64,000 nucleotides of DNA, taken from Caecitellus pseudoparvulus (taxonomy: Eukaryota; Protista; Bigyra: Bicosoecida). A program made the translations under genes and the position numbers. This document shows, piece by piece, positions 1 through 12,857 of this stretch. The DNA is taken from assembly GCA_965644315.1 (NCBI GenBank), contig CBFFRQ010000032.1, forward strand, positions 744,001-808,000, read 5' to 3'. The notes below the pieces were generated by a model. The model did no database searches and was not told the origin of the DNA. It worked only from the letters and a program-made list of their open reading frames with translations. Positions within the stretch are counted from its first letter, which is position 1; each line of letters starts with the position of its first letter.

Positions 1-3000
1 CGGCCGTGATGGTAGGTGCTGCATAGGTGACTCGGGGAGGCACAAAGCCGATGTCCAAGTCCCTGATGTCAGTCAGGCGCTGGGTGTCTGTGCGATCCTT
101 GTAGAAGTAGTGCACCTCCAAGTCTGCCCCGACGCCCACGAAAGGCGGGATGGTTACGCTGAGCGTGTCGTGCCCTGACCCCGAGCCGGACGAAGGCGTC
201 AAGTACCGCTCCAAGGCACGGGCAGCCACAGGGCTCCAGAAGACACGCTGGTCCACTGCACCGAAGTCACGCCCTGTCAGGGTGACACTGCCACCGCTCG
301 TGGTCAGGGCCTGCGGGGCAACGGCATTGGCGAAGGGGAAGCGGTACTGCAAGTACAAGATGCCAGGCTGGGGGGGCAAGGACCCGACTGAGATGCGCAA
401 GGGTTCAAAGCCTTGCCCAGGCGGCAGAGTGCAGGAGATGACGGTGACATTGGCGCTGAGTGGGGACACAGCCGCGTCTGTGGCAGGATCAAACGCACAC
501 TCTTCGTCCCCCACCGTGATGGTCACCAGCGCCCACTGTGCAGGGGAGCTGCCGACATTCTGCGCCTCCAGAGTGATGACTTCACCGCCCACTGTGGGGA
601 AAGTGACACCGTCAAATGCGTCACGGTTGCTCAAGGAGGGGGAGAAGTCAGTGAATGCAGTGGGCAGACTGCTGCGCCCACCTGCACGCACAACGACGCT
701 GCCGTCAAGGCTGGTCAGCTCCACCTGCACGCGTGTGTGGCTGGCTGACACTGCAGGCACTGGAGCGCCATTCACCTCCACGATGGGGGCGTGGCCGAAC
801 CCCGTGCCGAAGAGTGTCAGTTCGTTGCCTCCGCCTGCGATGGGCACAGACAGAACTTCCTCGATGTCCGGACCAGCGTAGATATACGAGAACGGGCCTT
901 CGGGCGCCCCTGCCGACGACAACTCCGCTGACACACCTCCAGTGGTAGACCCTGTGCCGACTTGCACTGGGATGCGCTCTGCAAGCTGATTGGGGTGGGA
1001 CGGCGACGACACGTCCAAGCTTCCCACTGCAGAGTCGAACATGCCCTGGTCCAGCTCAGGCAGCGTCACGAAGAACTCCTGCACAACAAGGCTTTCGCCT
1101 GCGGCAGGGAGGGTGGACGGGGCGGAATGCAGGGGTCCGCCATTCACTGCCAGCCAAGACGTGGAGAAGTTGGCCAGCACCAGTTGGGCGACGCCAGAAG
1201 CGTCCGGGAGCGTGCGGGAGATTGCGACACTGTCCACCCATGCTGAACGACCCAAGTCGGCCTCGCGTGCAGCCAAGACGTCGTTGCGAGACAGGGCAGT
1301 CAGGCGACGGTTCCCAAATTCCACGAACGGAGACGAGGCGGCGGAGCCGAAGCCCACCCCCGTCGCATACACTGCCACGATGCTGCCGCCTTGTGTGGCA
1401 CCTTGCGTGGGCGTGACCAGCAACAGGGACGGACGTTCAGTGCTGGACGTGGCATCAGAAGGTGCTGAGGCCTGCCCCGCCACAGTCACGATCCACCGCA
1501 AGTTCTGCCCCACATGTGGCACAGTCACACAGTCTACCTGCGTGTGGGAGGCCACCGTGCAGTTGGCAGCAGTGTACTCCACGCCCGTTGGGCCGTACGT
1601 GACGGACTGCAGGTACGGCAGCACTTCGATGCTGGGATCAGACGTGTCAGTGGCGCCTTCGGGCACTTGGCGCATGCCTTCTGGCAGGGGGGGGCCAAAG
1701 TTCACACCCGTCAAGGTCACCCGCTCGCCACCTCCTGTGCTGGCGTCCGCCGAGCCTGGCCCAGACAGGCCAGTCACGACGGGCACGCCGTACTTGGTGG
1801 TGGGGGCTGCAGACTCCTGCTCTCCAATGACAACCCGCCACTTCAAGCCTTGCCCAGCCCCGACGGCCGTGGCACACTGCATCTCCACATGCGCCTGCGT
1901 CACAGTGCAGTTCGCCGCAGCATAGCGACGGGGCTGGCCCTCCACACCATACGAGACGTCAGTGATGAAGGCGCTGCCTGCAGGGCCAAAGTTCTCCCCA
2001 CGCACGACCACTGCATCGCCACCCAGGGTGGAGCTGCCGTCTGCGCCGGGGCCATCGTACGAGAACACGACGGGGGCAGCGTAGCCGCCACGCACCACCA
2101 GATGAGGAGCACTCTGCCCATCCACAGTCACCTTGAAGGCCAGCCACGCTCCCACACCGGGCACAGACTGGCAGGTGATGGCGGTGCCTGGAGCAGTCAC
2201 TGTGCACTGCCCTGCAGAGAAGGCGGTGGGGAAAGCGAAGGCGTCGCCGGCCTGTGAGCCGGCCCCAGAGGGCACACCCACGTCACCCGTCGCGGCAGGG
2301 GCTGAGGCTGGGGCCGGGCTCCACGTGATGGAGGCACGGTCCGCCACAGGCACGGGGCCATACTGCACCATGATGTGGGGCAGGCCGTTCCCAACTGGGC
2401 GTGACGCGAGGGTCATGGGAGGGGAAGCAACCCGCAGGGTAGTGTCAGCAGCGGGGGCACAAGCGGCTGCCTCACGCAGGGGCCATGGAGCAGTCAGCAA
2501 GCGCAGCTGGCCTGCCACGCCCATGTTGGCCCCGTGCACGGTGAAGGGCACTTGGCCTGCCGTGGGTCCAGCTTGAACAGCGGGGCCTGCTGTGTACGCC
2601 AGGGACGGCGGCGCGTAGCCGACGCGGACACCGGCTGGGGCGGCGCCGGAGACCTGCCCGCCAACCTGCACGCCCACCGTCAGGTCCGTGCCAGTGCCGG
2701 CAGGGACAAAGCACCGCAGCGTCCTATGAGGGACGACAATGGAGCAGCTCAGCAGTGGCAAGAAGGGCACATGCTGCGCGAGAGGGGTGGTGGGGGCCGC
2801 ATACCATGCTGCTGCTGCTGCCGCCGGGACCAGCCAAGCCCCATCCAAGGCAGCTCCTGAGTCACCGAAGCCAGTGCCATTGACCAGCACTTCGACTCCA
2901 CCGACAGACTCCATGGCCAGGAGATCCTGGGCTGTGCTCACAGGAGACAGGCTTTGCACGGCAGGAGCCGCATAGGCAGCCGAATCTCCGGTGCCCGCGA

Positions 3001-3700
3001 CCCACTCACTGCCCTGCCCAGCCACTACCACACGCCAGTTGAGTGCGGACCCCACACCTGCAGAAGCGCGGACGCACGTGGCAGTAGTGTCAGCAATCGT
3101 GACCCGGCAGGTCTGCGCCGTGTATGGGTTGCTCTGCGAAGCGCCTTTCCTTGACGCAGCTGCGAGGCCCTCCGCACCACATGACGGGGTGGAGTGGTAC
3201 TGCAGCGAGAGGAGTGTCCCCACAGGCCCAAAGCCAGTGCCCACCAGAGTCAAGGCAGTGGCACCATCTGTAGGCAGCCCACCGGTCGGAGCGGGGAGCT
3301 GGGCACTCACGGAGGTGAGCGTCGGTGCGCAGTACCGCAGGCGGTGGGCTGCCCCTGGCAAAGCCGCTGTGTGCACGGCAGGAGAAGTGGCTTTCGTCAC
3401 AGCCACACTCATCAGCAGCTGATCTCCGACCCCAGGAGGAGTGCTGCAACGCCAGTGCTGCCCTGGCACGACGGCGGCACAAGGGGGTGATGTGTACACA
3501 TCACCCTGCAGGGCTGAGGTGGCGACGAGAGTTTGCTGGTACTGCAGGACGACTTGAGCAGTCGCCTGGCCAGAGGGGGCACCTGATGTCCCCTCGTTGT
3601 CCAAGGCTGCCTGGAGCCACCCCAAGCCGTCGCCGTGCACCTCCACTGTGCTGCCGCCGGCAGGGTCAAGGCAAGACCCGGAGGAGTACTCCACAGCTGT
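1..3700 (-). repeat. Array of IPT/TIG (Ig-like) repeats within the giant ORF
   Basis: Repeated YAAP..V....GG...V.L.G.NFG units with C..PPGVG: GTGFGP ~3240, GTGFG ~2870, GENFGP ~1990, GVNFGP ~1700, GTGFG ~800, GRDFG ~265. Confidence 0.8.
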
Positions 3701-6700
3701 CAGCTCTGCATCTGGCACGTCAGTGACCTGCACGATGATGTTGGCTGTGGTGAGTTCTGGGGCTTCAGCGTCCAAGTCAGACACCTGGATGCTGAGTGAG
3801 TACCTAGTGACTTGTTCAAAGTTAAGAGCAGCAGGCACCGGCGCCAGCCTGCCAGACGTGGACAGGGTGAAAGCAGAGCCCAAGTTGCCTCCCACGATAC
3901 TGAAGGCCAGCGCGTTGCCACGGCTTGCATCGTCAGGGTCGACTGCTTGCAGCTGCCAGCCAGAGTGCGTCGTCACGCCTTCGCTCACGGTGAAAGTGGC
4001 GGTCGGGAAGTCTGGTGCCTCGTTGACATCTCGCACCCCCAACTTGAGCACGCGCCAGTCACTGGCACCCGACGTGTCCGTCACTGTGACATTGACAACG
4101 TACCCCTTTGCGTGCAGGAATCGTTCAAAGTCCAGCACGCTCTGTGTGGTAATAACACCGGCAGAATCGATGGTAAACAGGCCCGTGCCTTCAGGGAAGT
4201 CAGTCCACCATGTGGCCGCAGGGGCGCTTGCAGGGACGTCGGCGAAAGCAGCAGGTGCAGCTGACCCTGCGGGTGCCGACAAGCTCCAAACTGCGCCAGC
4301 CAGCCCACCTGCATCCACGTCAGTTGCACTGACGGCTGCCCCGGCCGGGGACGAGGCAGGGGCATTCTCAGCCACAAACCGAGACCCAGTGGAGCCTGTG
4401 GTGATTGACGGAGGCTCATTGGTGTTGGTCAGGGTGATGGTGATGATGCCAGACCCTGACAGGGGCGCTGAGGCATTATCCGTTGCGACCACAGTCAACG
4501 CGAAGCTGGAGCGAGTCTCAAAGTCCAGTGCGTTGCCCCACATGGACGCAGCCGCACCTGTGGCAGCCTTCACCGTGATCGCGCTTGTGCTGGGGTTCAC
4601 AGCGAAGGCAGCCAGGGTCGCGGCATCGTTGGCTGGCTCAGGCGCCAGCGCCCACGTGACGTCGTCGCCGTCTGGCTCGTTCACGGCAATGGATGGCATG
4701 ACAACTGTGCCAGGGGCGGCTCCTTCAGCGACGGAGGCAGACTGGCCGCCTGTGACGTCTGGGGCAAAGTTCACGTCTGTGACGGTGACAGTGACGGTCG
4801 CATTGGCGGCCCTGCCTGTGCCATCATCAACCTGCACCTGGTACGCGAGCACTGCTCCGCTGCCGAAGGCTGGCAGAGGTGGAGGGGGCCCTGCCGTGCG
4901 CATCTGCCCAGTGGCCGGGTCGATCGTGAACAAGTTGTTGGGGTCATCGCTGCCAACGATGGTGAAGGTGAGCGTGTTGCCAACGTCCGGCTCAAACACT
5001 GCCAAGGGCGCGCCCAGCAGCGTGTTGCTGGGCGACTGCTCACCCACGAAGCGAGCCGTGTCCACAAACACGGGTGTCTCGGGGACATCCGCCACCCACA
5101 CCAGCACAACGGCAGGAGTGGACGCACCTGCTGGGTCGGTGATGCGCAGGGGAACCCAGAACAGGGGTGTGGTCTCGTGGTCCACCACCTGCCCGGTCTG
5201 CACGGCCAGGGTGCCACTGATGGCATCCACTGTGAAGACGGACGAGCCGTCTACGGCGGCAGGGGCAGGGCTCTCTGGCACAAAGTCTGCCAGGGCCACG
5301 GCGGCAGCGAGGTCTTCTGTGGACACACGGATGGTGGGGTCCACTGCGTACATGTGCGTGTCTGTGGGCTCAGGGTCGAAGACGGTGACTCGCCCGCCGA
5401 AGGGCAGGAGGGGGGCCCAGTTCTCAGGCACTGTTCGGTTGATGAAGGCGGTGGTGGCTGTGGACCCCAAGAGGGGTGCCAGCAGCACGCTGCCGCCAGC
5501 CTGGCGCACGGCTGGGTGCAGCTGGGGTGCTTCGTTCACGTTCTGCACGTTGATGGTGACGGTGCCCACTGTGGAGAGGGGGGGTGAGCCGTCATCCGTC
5601 ACTTGCACCAGCAAGGTGTACTGCGCTTGCCCTTCAAAGTCCAGTGTCGGGAGGCGCGTGCTCAGCTGCCCTGTGCTGGCGGCGATCGTGAACACTTCGC
5701 CAGTGTTGCCGCCGACGATGTCATACGACAAGGACTGACCCACGTCAGCATCAGACACATTGACGCTCAAGGCAGCTCCGACCAGGCGCCCTGTCCCCGG
5801 AGTCGTGGGCGTCGTCTCCAGCACCTGACGGGACAGGCCGGTTGGAAAGTCTGGCACGTCGTTGGTGTCCACAACTTGCACGGTGATGCTGGCCGTGTCA
5901 GTCAGCGGAGGCACCCCGTTGTCCGTTGCACGCAGGACCACAGTGTGGCTAGAGGCGGCTTCGAAGTCCACTGCGTTGCCCGAGGCAACAGCGATGATGC
6001 CCGTGCTGGCCCCCACGACGAAGCGCCCCCCCGCGTCATCATCGAGACTGTACGTGACTGTTTGTCCAGTGGTACCTCGCAGTACATCATCATCGGCGGC
6101 AACGATTGCGCCCTCGACGACACTGGCTCCAGCAGGAGTGTTCTCATGCATGTGCACAGTGGTGCTGGTCAGGTGAGGCACTTCGTTGGCGTCATCGACA
6201 AGCACCGTCACGGTGATTTCGCTCCACAAAGCTCCTGCCCCAGTGCTTGCTGCGTCGTCAGAAGCTCGCAGCCGCAGCGTGTGGTCAGGCTCCGTCTCGA
6301 AATCAAACGCTTGTGCCATGCCAGGGGCAATACGCAGTTGACCAGTTCCAGCATCCACCGTAAAGATGGAGGCGCCGGACGCAACGTCTCGCGCGTCGGC
6401 ATCGTTAACAATGGAGTACTCGACAGACTGCCCCGCGTCTGGTTGCATCGCATTGACGGGTGCGCCGACAGCCGCGCCATCTGCAAGGCCTTCGGTTGCC
6501 GTGAGCGACACCGTGGACCCATCGACAAAGATGGGCGCTTCGTTGATGTCGTTCACCTGGATGGTGACAGGGAACGACGTGACTCCAGGGGGCACAGCCC
6601 GGTCTGCGACAGTCACGGTCACAGTGAAGCTCTGTGTGGTTTCATGGTCCAGCGCTGAGGAGTTCGCGACGCTGATACGCCCATCACACGCTCCAATGGA

Positions 6701-9700
6701 GAAAGCCCCGTGAGTGTTGCCGGCGGTGATTGAGTAGTCCAACTCAACACTTCCGTCAGGGTCGCTGACGAGCAACTGCCCCACAGGGAAGTTGCGAGGG
6801 CTGTTTTCATCCACTGAGAAGGCGTTCACGGCAGGGACTGAAGGGGGGTCATTCGTGTCTGCCGTTGCCACGTGCAGGTCGCACACCGTCGTGAATCCCG
6901 ACACGGACGCCTCCAAGCGCAGCGTGTATCCTGGGCAGCTCTCATAGTCCAGCACGGCAGTTGAGACAAGGCTGCCAGTGGAACTGTCAATGGAGTAGGG
7001 AGACGCCGCGGAACACGAGGCAGCGGGCGTGATGGAGCTCGTCGGGTCTGAGGTTGGCGTGAAGGAGGCCATGGAGTACGCTGGCGTGCCGGGCACGTTG
7101 GCCACAACCGCAGCGACAGTCACCAGGCCAGGGGGAGCGTTCTCCTCCCACGCCACGGCGCCAGCCATGTGGTGAGTTCCCACGACGGTAGCATTGCAGG
7201 GAGCGTTCCAGGCGAGCTTAGGCACCTTGATTCCATGAACTGCAACGAAGCCTTCTGGCAGCTCCTGCTGCCCTTCCCTGTTCTGCCGCGGGTGGGGGTC
7301 CTCAGGAGTGGTGTAATGACCAGCATCCACTGTGCGGATGGAGGGCGTGCCAGCCGGACAGTAGCTCTCCGCAGGCCAGGGGTCGGAGCCACACGGCGAC
7401 TGTGTTGATGACACAGAGCCAGGAGGGCAGAAGTAGCCTGCGCTGCAGTCGCCTGAGCAGCTGGCCGTGGACAACCCCACTGTCGCGCCGTACTTGCCAG
7501 CGGGGCAGTTTGCAGTGACACCACCTGTGCAAAATTGCCCGACGGCGCACTTCTCCTGAGATGTTTGGGTTGACGGGGTGCCCCCCGTGCTTCGGAAGCC
7601 CGGGGAGACAGGTGTGGGCGACCCGCTGCCTTCGGGACAGAAGCGGTCTGGTCCCCCACACTGCGCCTCCGTGTCCTCGTCTGAACCAGCAGGGCAAAAG
7701 TATCCAGCTGCGCAAGGCCCCGAGCACTGCGCATCTGCTTGCCCCTGCAGGCCATATCGCCCTGCGCTGCACAGCTGTCCCGAAGGAGCCGCGCTGGTGG
7801 AGGTGGGTGGGCAGAAGTAGCCGGCAGTGCACTGCCCAGAGCAAGTCGGCATGGACAAGCCCGGGGTTGCACCGTAGGTGCCGCCAGGGCAAGCAGTAGG
7901 ACCGGAACTTCCCGCAGGGCAGTAGAAGCCAATTGGACACTCTGCAGAGCACTGCGGGCTGGACATGCCGGACATGGCTCCGAATCGCCCAGCAGGGCAA
8001 GGGGCACAGTCCGACACGTCGTCTGCGCCTGCCACGGCATTAAACGTGCCAGCAGGGCACCTGGCACACTGTCCAGCATCCTTGTAGTGGCCCGTGGGGC
8101 AGTCAGCAGGTTGCTGGCACAGGAACTGGCGGCGGGTGGAGCATGAGGCATCAATCCACTCGCCGTCGGCGTTCATGGCCGCGCAGTCCAAGGTGGGGTT
8201 TGCAGGCACACCGCTTGCCCAATTCGTGTAGCCGGCAATGTTTGTGTTGTTCTCCGCCCAAGCCCAGGTACCCTCGACGTTCGCGTCGTTCCCACCAATC
8301 CAGCAGTCGTTCGTGACACAGGCCGTGCTCAGGGCATTGTTCATGGTGCTGTCGTAGATGGACGCCAGCCAGCCCCCTGACGCACGGCATGCAATGTCAG
8401 CCTCATACCAGGTCTTACCCTGCCCATTGTACACCACACACACTCCGCTCACCTCATCCCAGCCTGGGGGACAAACGGAAGTTGGCCCCTCATTGCACGC
8501 CAGCCCAGCCCAAGGAGAGTCGCAGATGCAGTTGCCGGTGCTGGTGCTGCACTGCCCATGGCCAGAGCAAGTTGTAGCAGCAACGCAGTACTTGCACGTT
8601 GGGCCGTAGTGGTTGGTGGCGCACTGTGAGCAGTCGTCCCCGGCATACCCCACATCGCAGATGCAGCTGCCAGCTGGGTTGGAGCAGGTGCCGTGGCCGG
8701 AGCAGGACTCCTGTGTGCAGCACGTCGAATCTGTGCAGTGGTCAGACAGGCACTGCAGGTCCTCAGTGCAGGGTTCACCGTCGACCTGTGCGATGTAGAT
8801 TCGCACCGTCGCGCGGGCCTGCACATTCTGGCCGTCCACGCCCGACACCTCGATCACGTGCTTGCCCTTGGCCCAGTTGGATGTGTCTACTGTAATGCTC
8901 TTGGCAGTGATGGAGTTTGCGAAGACGGTGTTTGTCGTTCGGCTGCGCCAGGTGTACCTATACGGCGCCACGGAGGCGACTGTCTCCTGCACCGTGAAGG
9001 TGTTGGAGGAGGACCGCTGCAGCTTTGCGTCACACAGGGGGGTGGTGATCTCAATCTGGTAATTGATTGTGCCTCGGATTGAAGATGAAATGCCGGGCGT
9101 GTTGACGTTGGAGGAGTGGAACGCCAGCGTGAAGAAGAACATGCCGTTGGGCTGCAGGTTGAACGGCGTCTGGCCAGGGGAAGAGTGGTCCCAGAGATAC
9201 CGAGTGAATGTGCGGGGCGGATTTGTGTTCACTGTCGTGGCCGAACCGCCAAAGCTCGAGTCTGTTGGGTACGAGATCAGGGGGTTCGTTTCATCCACCG
9301 GAATGTACGTGAGGTGACTGAGAAGGTTGCGCATGTATGGTGTCGTGCGTGAGGCAGCAGCGATGCGAGGCACGGGCAAGGGGACGTACAAATTTCCCAC
9401 GAAACGGTTGATGTTCAGCTGCGCAAGAGGGGGGGTATGGCGTCCGCACATGGCTCAAGAAGGTGGCGGCCAAGCATCTGCGCACCTTGTCATTCAGGTC
9501 GTTGATGCCGTGTTGGAAACCGGAATGGTCAGTGCCCCTGTGAGAAAAAGCGCGGCCAAGTCAAGGCCCTGCATCTGCCTGGGGCTTCAGAGCTCGTGGT
9601 GCTTACAGAAGGATACCGCCACCGCGGTCATGCAGGTTTTGCCAGAAGTTGCTGCGGACGGATGTGGCGGGTGGGGGCAACTGCAACCCGAGCCAAGCGT

Positions 9701-10499
9701 ACACTCGGTCAGCACGCTGACGCACTAGAAAACCTGGAAGCGGTTCTTCCACATGGTGCTGATGATGCGACCATCGCAAATGATGTTCTTGGGGTTCGAC
9801 TTGGCGTTCCACCACGCGACAACCTGGCGAGTTGACAAGGGCAAGCACGTGCAAGCGGCGGACATGCCTCGAGCTTGATGGCGCACACACCTTGTCCCAG
9901 TCGGCATTGTACCGACCAGCCTCGCCACGACTGCTGAGATCGTACACCCAGATCTGTGCAGGCGCGTGCGGTAGGGGAGCTGATGCCTGCTGCGTGCCGT
10001 GGCGGGACTTGCGGAAGTGCGCCACGCACTTGGTCGTACACAGCCAAGTTCAGCGAGCCAATATGGCTGCCCGTGGCGTAGTCCAGAACAATCTGGTCCA
10101 CATGGGGACTGGTGATTTGGTTCCGGATGTACGTCCGGAGCGCGTTGAAGGACCTAGTGCCATCGTTGACGTAGTGCTGGTGGCCCTGGATGTCTGCAGC
10201 AAGAAAGCAAAACCGAAGAGGAAGGTGTGTTATTGCAGTGACTAGCACCTTCATGCTTCGCTGGGAGTGCGCGCAGTGCTCCATCAATGAGCTGGAGGAG
10301 CGAAAGTGAGTCCCAGCGACCTGCCTCAACAGCTGCACGCCAACTCACTGAGGAAGAGCAGGTTCCCGTGGGGTGCCGCTGGGGATGTCACAGGCAGGGT
10401 AGAGCTGCCTTCACATTCTCCTCCCTGCCCAGCAGCCAAGGCTAGTGCTGCGAGGAGTGCAACGCTGCGGGCCGCTCGAAGCCATGAGCTGGCCGCCAT
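1..10499 (-). CDS. Giant secreted/surface adhesion-like protein: signal peptide, N-terminal alpha/beta domain, Ig-like domain, EGF repeats, C-type lectin, Cys-rich repeats, ~10 cadherin repeats, >=7 IPT/TIG repeats; 3' end lies outside the window
   Basis: ATG 10499 gives a signal peptide (MAASSWLRAARSVALLAALALAAG). Small 5' exons follow (e.g. introns 9681-9733, 9539-9606). A minus-strand frame then appears open from 9418 to position 1: hand translation of most of it found no stop, and the + strand shadow ORFs keep one frame throughout. It is absent from the ORF track because it runs off the edge. Motifs: CSGHGTC..C.CDVGYAGDDC (EGF), CWIGGND..EGTWAW (CTLD), CPAGxYCP repeats, LDYE/DPD/DINEAP (cadherin), GxNFG and YAAP (IPT). 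Confidence 0.9.
3710..7130 (-). repeat. Array of ~10 extracellular cadherin repeats within the giant ORF
   Basis: Linker motifs DTNDPP (~6850), DINEAP (~6540), DANEVP (~6185), DTNDVP (~5860), NVNEAP (~5530), DVNFAP (~4770), NTNEPP (~4415), DVNEAP (~4020), plus LDYE/LDHE/FDFE/VDFE motifs. Confidence 0.85.
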
Positions 10500-10846
10500 G
10501 CTTGCCTTGTGCCTGTTGCTGAAACGCCACAACAAGCTGCGCAGGCAAGGCTCACGACAGAGTGCGAAACGCGCGAGGATCGCGAACTTCACGGGGGTTT
10601 CGTGTTTTGGTTGTCTTCAGGTGCTCTTGGGGCGGGGCACATTGCAGGGGGGTGCTGTTGGTCAGACACGCTTTGCGGAGCGCGGCTACCTCTGGCGTGG
10701 AAGCAGTCCACAAATCAAATGCGCGAACCAAAGTCTCCCACGAACGGCCTCTCATCGTACGTCTGGACCCCACGTGGCACGTCTGGGCATACTACGGGAG
10801 CTTCTCGAGAACGTGCAGTCTGCGTGACCACATCTCGAGGAGCAGC

Positions 10847-11480
10847 ATGGTCCACCCTGGCGAAGTGGCTGCGGCTGAGCTGGCCAAGGCTAAGGCCTCC
10901 ATTCGAGATGCATTCTTGCTGTTCGGGAAGGAGGAGACGATGACCATTCATGACGAAGACGTCGCGACAGTGCTGCGGTTCTTGGGCTTGTACCCTACAA
11001 CGGCAGACTTGGTGGACAAGATCCTCCCGGAGATGCAAGGCGATACCCCGGGCAAGTACGTAGCGTACGAGCAATTTGAAGAGCGAGTTCTGGAGTATCA
11101 GAGCTCAGGCTTGTTTGTGCCGGACACGGAGGAGACGCTGTTGCAAGCGTTTCGGGTGAGTGAAACGCCAGCACCTGCGCAGTTGCCCGCGTGCACCTTC
11201 GCGTTACGGCGGCGCAGACACTGGACCCAGAGGACACAGGGATGGTGGATGCAGATCGAGTGGCTGAGCTGTTGCAAACGTTCGAAGAGGAGCCGATGAC
11301 AGAGAAGGAGCTGGACGGTGCGTGAGGTCGTGGCTCCCGTTGCGCCGACCACGTAGCACTGCTCGGTACTTGCTCCCTACAGCTTTCCTAGCTCATGCCC
11401 GGGACGGAGAGACGAACAAGATCTTTTACGAGGACTATGTTGCCTTCCTCAAGGGGCAGCAAGCGCTTCGGAAGCTGTAG
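10847..11480 (+). CDS. EFCAB2: EF-hand calmodulin-like protein, dynein regulatory complex subunit 8 (DRC8/EFCAB2)
   Basis: Three exons (introns 11156-11217, 11318-11382). Spliced protein: IRDAFLLF..EDVATVLRFLGLYPT..EETLLQAFRTLDPEDTG..EPMTEKELDAFLAHARDGETNKIFYEDYV; stop TAG 11478-11480. Confidence 0.8.
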
Positions 11481-12603
11481 GCGGCCATGGGAGACCTTTG
11501 AACCCCTGCTGCGACACTTTTGCCGAGGCCAACGCCACTGCTTGCTGTACAGCTGACAGAGCATCGGGGAGGGGTTCATGTGTCAGAGCTCGCAGCATAC
11601 CTGCGATGAAGGTGTCCCCTGCGCCCACCGTGTCGACCACAGTGGGCACGTGTGGCGCTGGCACATGCAGGACGTGCACGAGAGCTGGTTCGCCAGCAGC
11701 GGCTGCACGCCACTCTTGAGAACCGCTGCTGCGGGTGAGCCGTGCGGCGGGCACTCTTTCTGTCTGGGCTGGGGGCAGCGTGATGAATGCACCTGCTGCA
11801 CCCCACGTCACAGTGACTTCAGGCCAGGCAGGCTGCTCGTCGGTGCAACCAGCTGCCGTCAGCAGCAGTTGCACGAGGTGTACGGCAGTGTCCAGGCCTT
11901 GTTGATGGGCGTACTCCCTGCATGAAAACACCACGTCAGCATGGGGGAGCAGGGCAAGCTCACTGGGCCCCGTGCTGCCGCTGGCGCCGTGCTGGGCGCG
12001 CACTTTCTCCACCTCCACCGAGCAGGTGGCGCCAGACGCCCGCGGCAGCAACCTGCGAGGTCCTAGGGTGGCATGGAGCGGGGCAGGGTCTCGCACTGCT
12101 CGCAGCATGCCTAGAGTCTCCGCGGCGTGGCGCCCTTCGAAGTGCACCCACAGCGGCCCGACGCGCGTCTTGAGCCAGGCGTGGGTGGCGCGCTCGAATG
12201 CAGAGCAGGTGAGCTCAGGGATGTCTCTGACGTGCAGGATGGTGCGTGACGCGTTGGAGGCATTGGCAATGATGTACGAGGTCGGTGTGGCTCCGGACTC
12301 GACGAGGCTGGGGAGCGGCAGCACCCCGCAGGACTTCAGATCGTCCAGGAGAAAGGATGACCCGGCATCTACAGCAGGGTCCACGAGGACCCCACAAAAA
12401 GCCACTTCGGAGCTGCTGCTTGGAGGCAGCAGCTCTGCCGCTACAGCCGCGGTGTTGGCTGCGTTGCCGCCTCTCGCTTGCCTGTGGCCTTGAGCCCGCA
12501 TCTCCACATCTTCTGACGGAAACTGTGGTACATCAACAACGATGTCCAGACATGCTATGCCCACGCACAGCAGGCTTGCCGGCGCCTGTTTGGTGCTGCT
12601 CAT
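11449..12603 (-). CDS. KHK: PfkB-family carbohydrate kinase, ketohexokinase-like
   Basis: LCVGIACLDIV..FPSED..RGGNAANTA, WVHFEGR, SVEVEK, DTVGAGDTFIAG. The ATG at 12603 is preferred over the longer ORF start. Confidence 0.85.
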   Translation of the reverse strand: MSSTKQAPASLLCVGIACLDIVVDVPQFPSEDVEMRAQGHRQARGGNAANTAAVAAELLPPSSSSEVAFCGVLVDPAVDAGSSFLLDDLKSCGVLPLPSLVESGATPTSYIIANASNASRTILHVRDIPELTCSAFERATHAWLKTRVGPLWVHFEGRHAAETLGMLRAVRDPAPLHATLGPRRLLPRASGATCSVEVEKVRAQHGASGSTGPSELALLPHADVVFSCREYAHQQGLDTAVHLVQLLLTAAGCTDEQPAWPEVTVTWGAAGAFITLPPAQTERVPAARLTRSSGSQEWRAAAAGEPALVHVLHVPAPHVPTVVDTVGAGDTFIAGMLRALTHEPLPDALSAVQQAVALASAKVSQQGFKGLPWPPTASEALAAP

Positions 12604-12857
12604 TGCTCCAGAAAGGCCAGTCCTTGGTGCAGGCTGAGCATCTGGGACTGGTTCGAGGGCCGCCATGCCGAGCATGCGAGCAAACTCCGTGCACCAAGTT
12701 CTTTTGTATTGAAGGTATACAGTGGCTTGGGTTCCGCTGCGGCTGTTCTGTTTTGGCGGCGTGAGAGTCGCCATGGGACTCTGAGCCTGACGCTGAAACG
12801 CAGACGAAACACCAGGCCAGCTACCTGGCTGGTGGTCCGACCAGGCAGGTGCACCAC

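Noticed and set aside
150-9728. Long + strand ORFs (e.g. 3597-5738, 713 aa; 990-1925; 5603-6658)
   Set aside because: Antisense shadows of the GC-rich cadherin/IPT gene; no motifs, and most share a constant frame offset to the real minus-strand frame.
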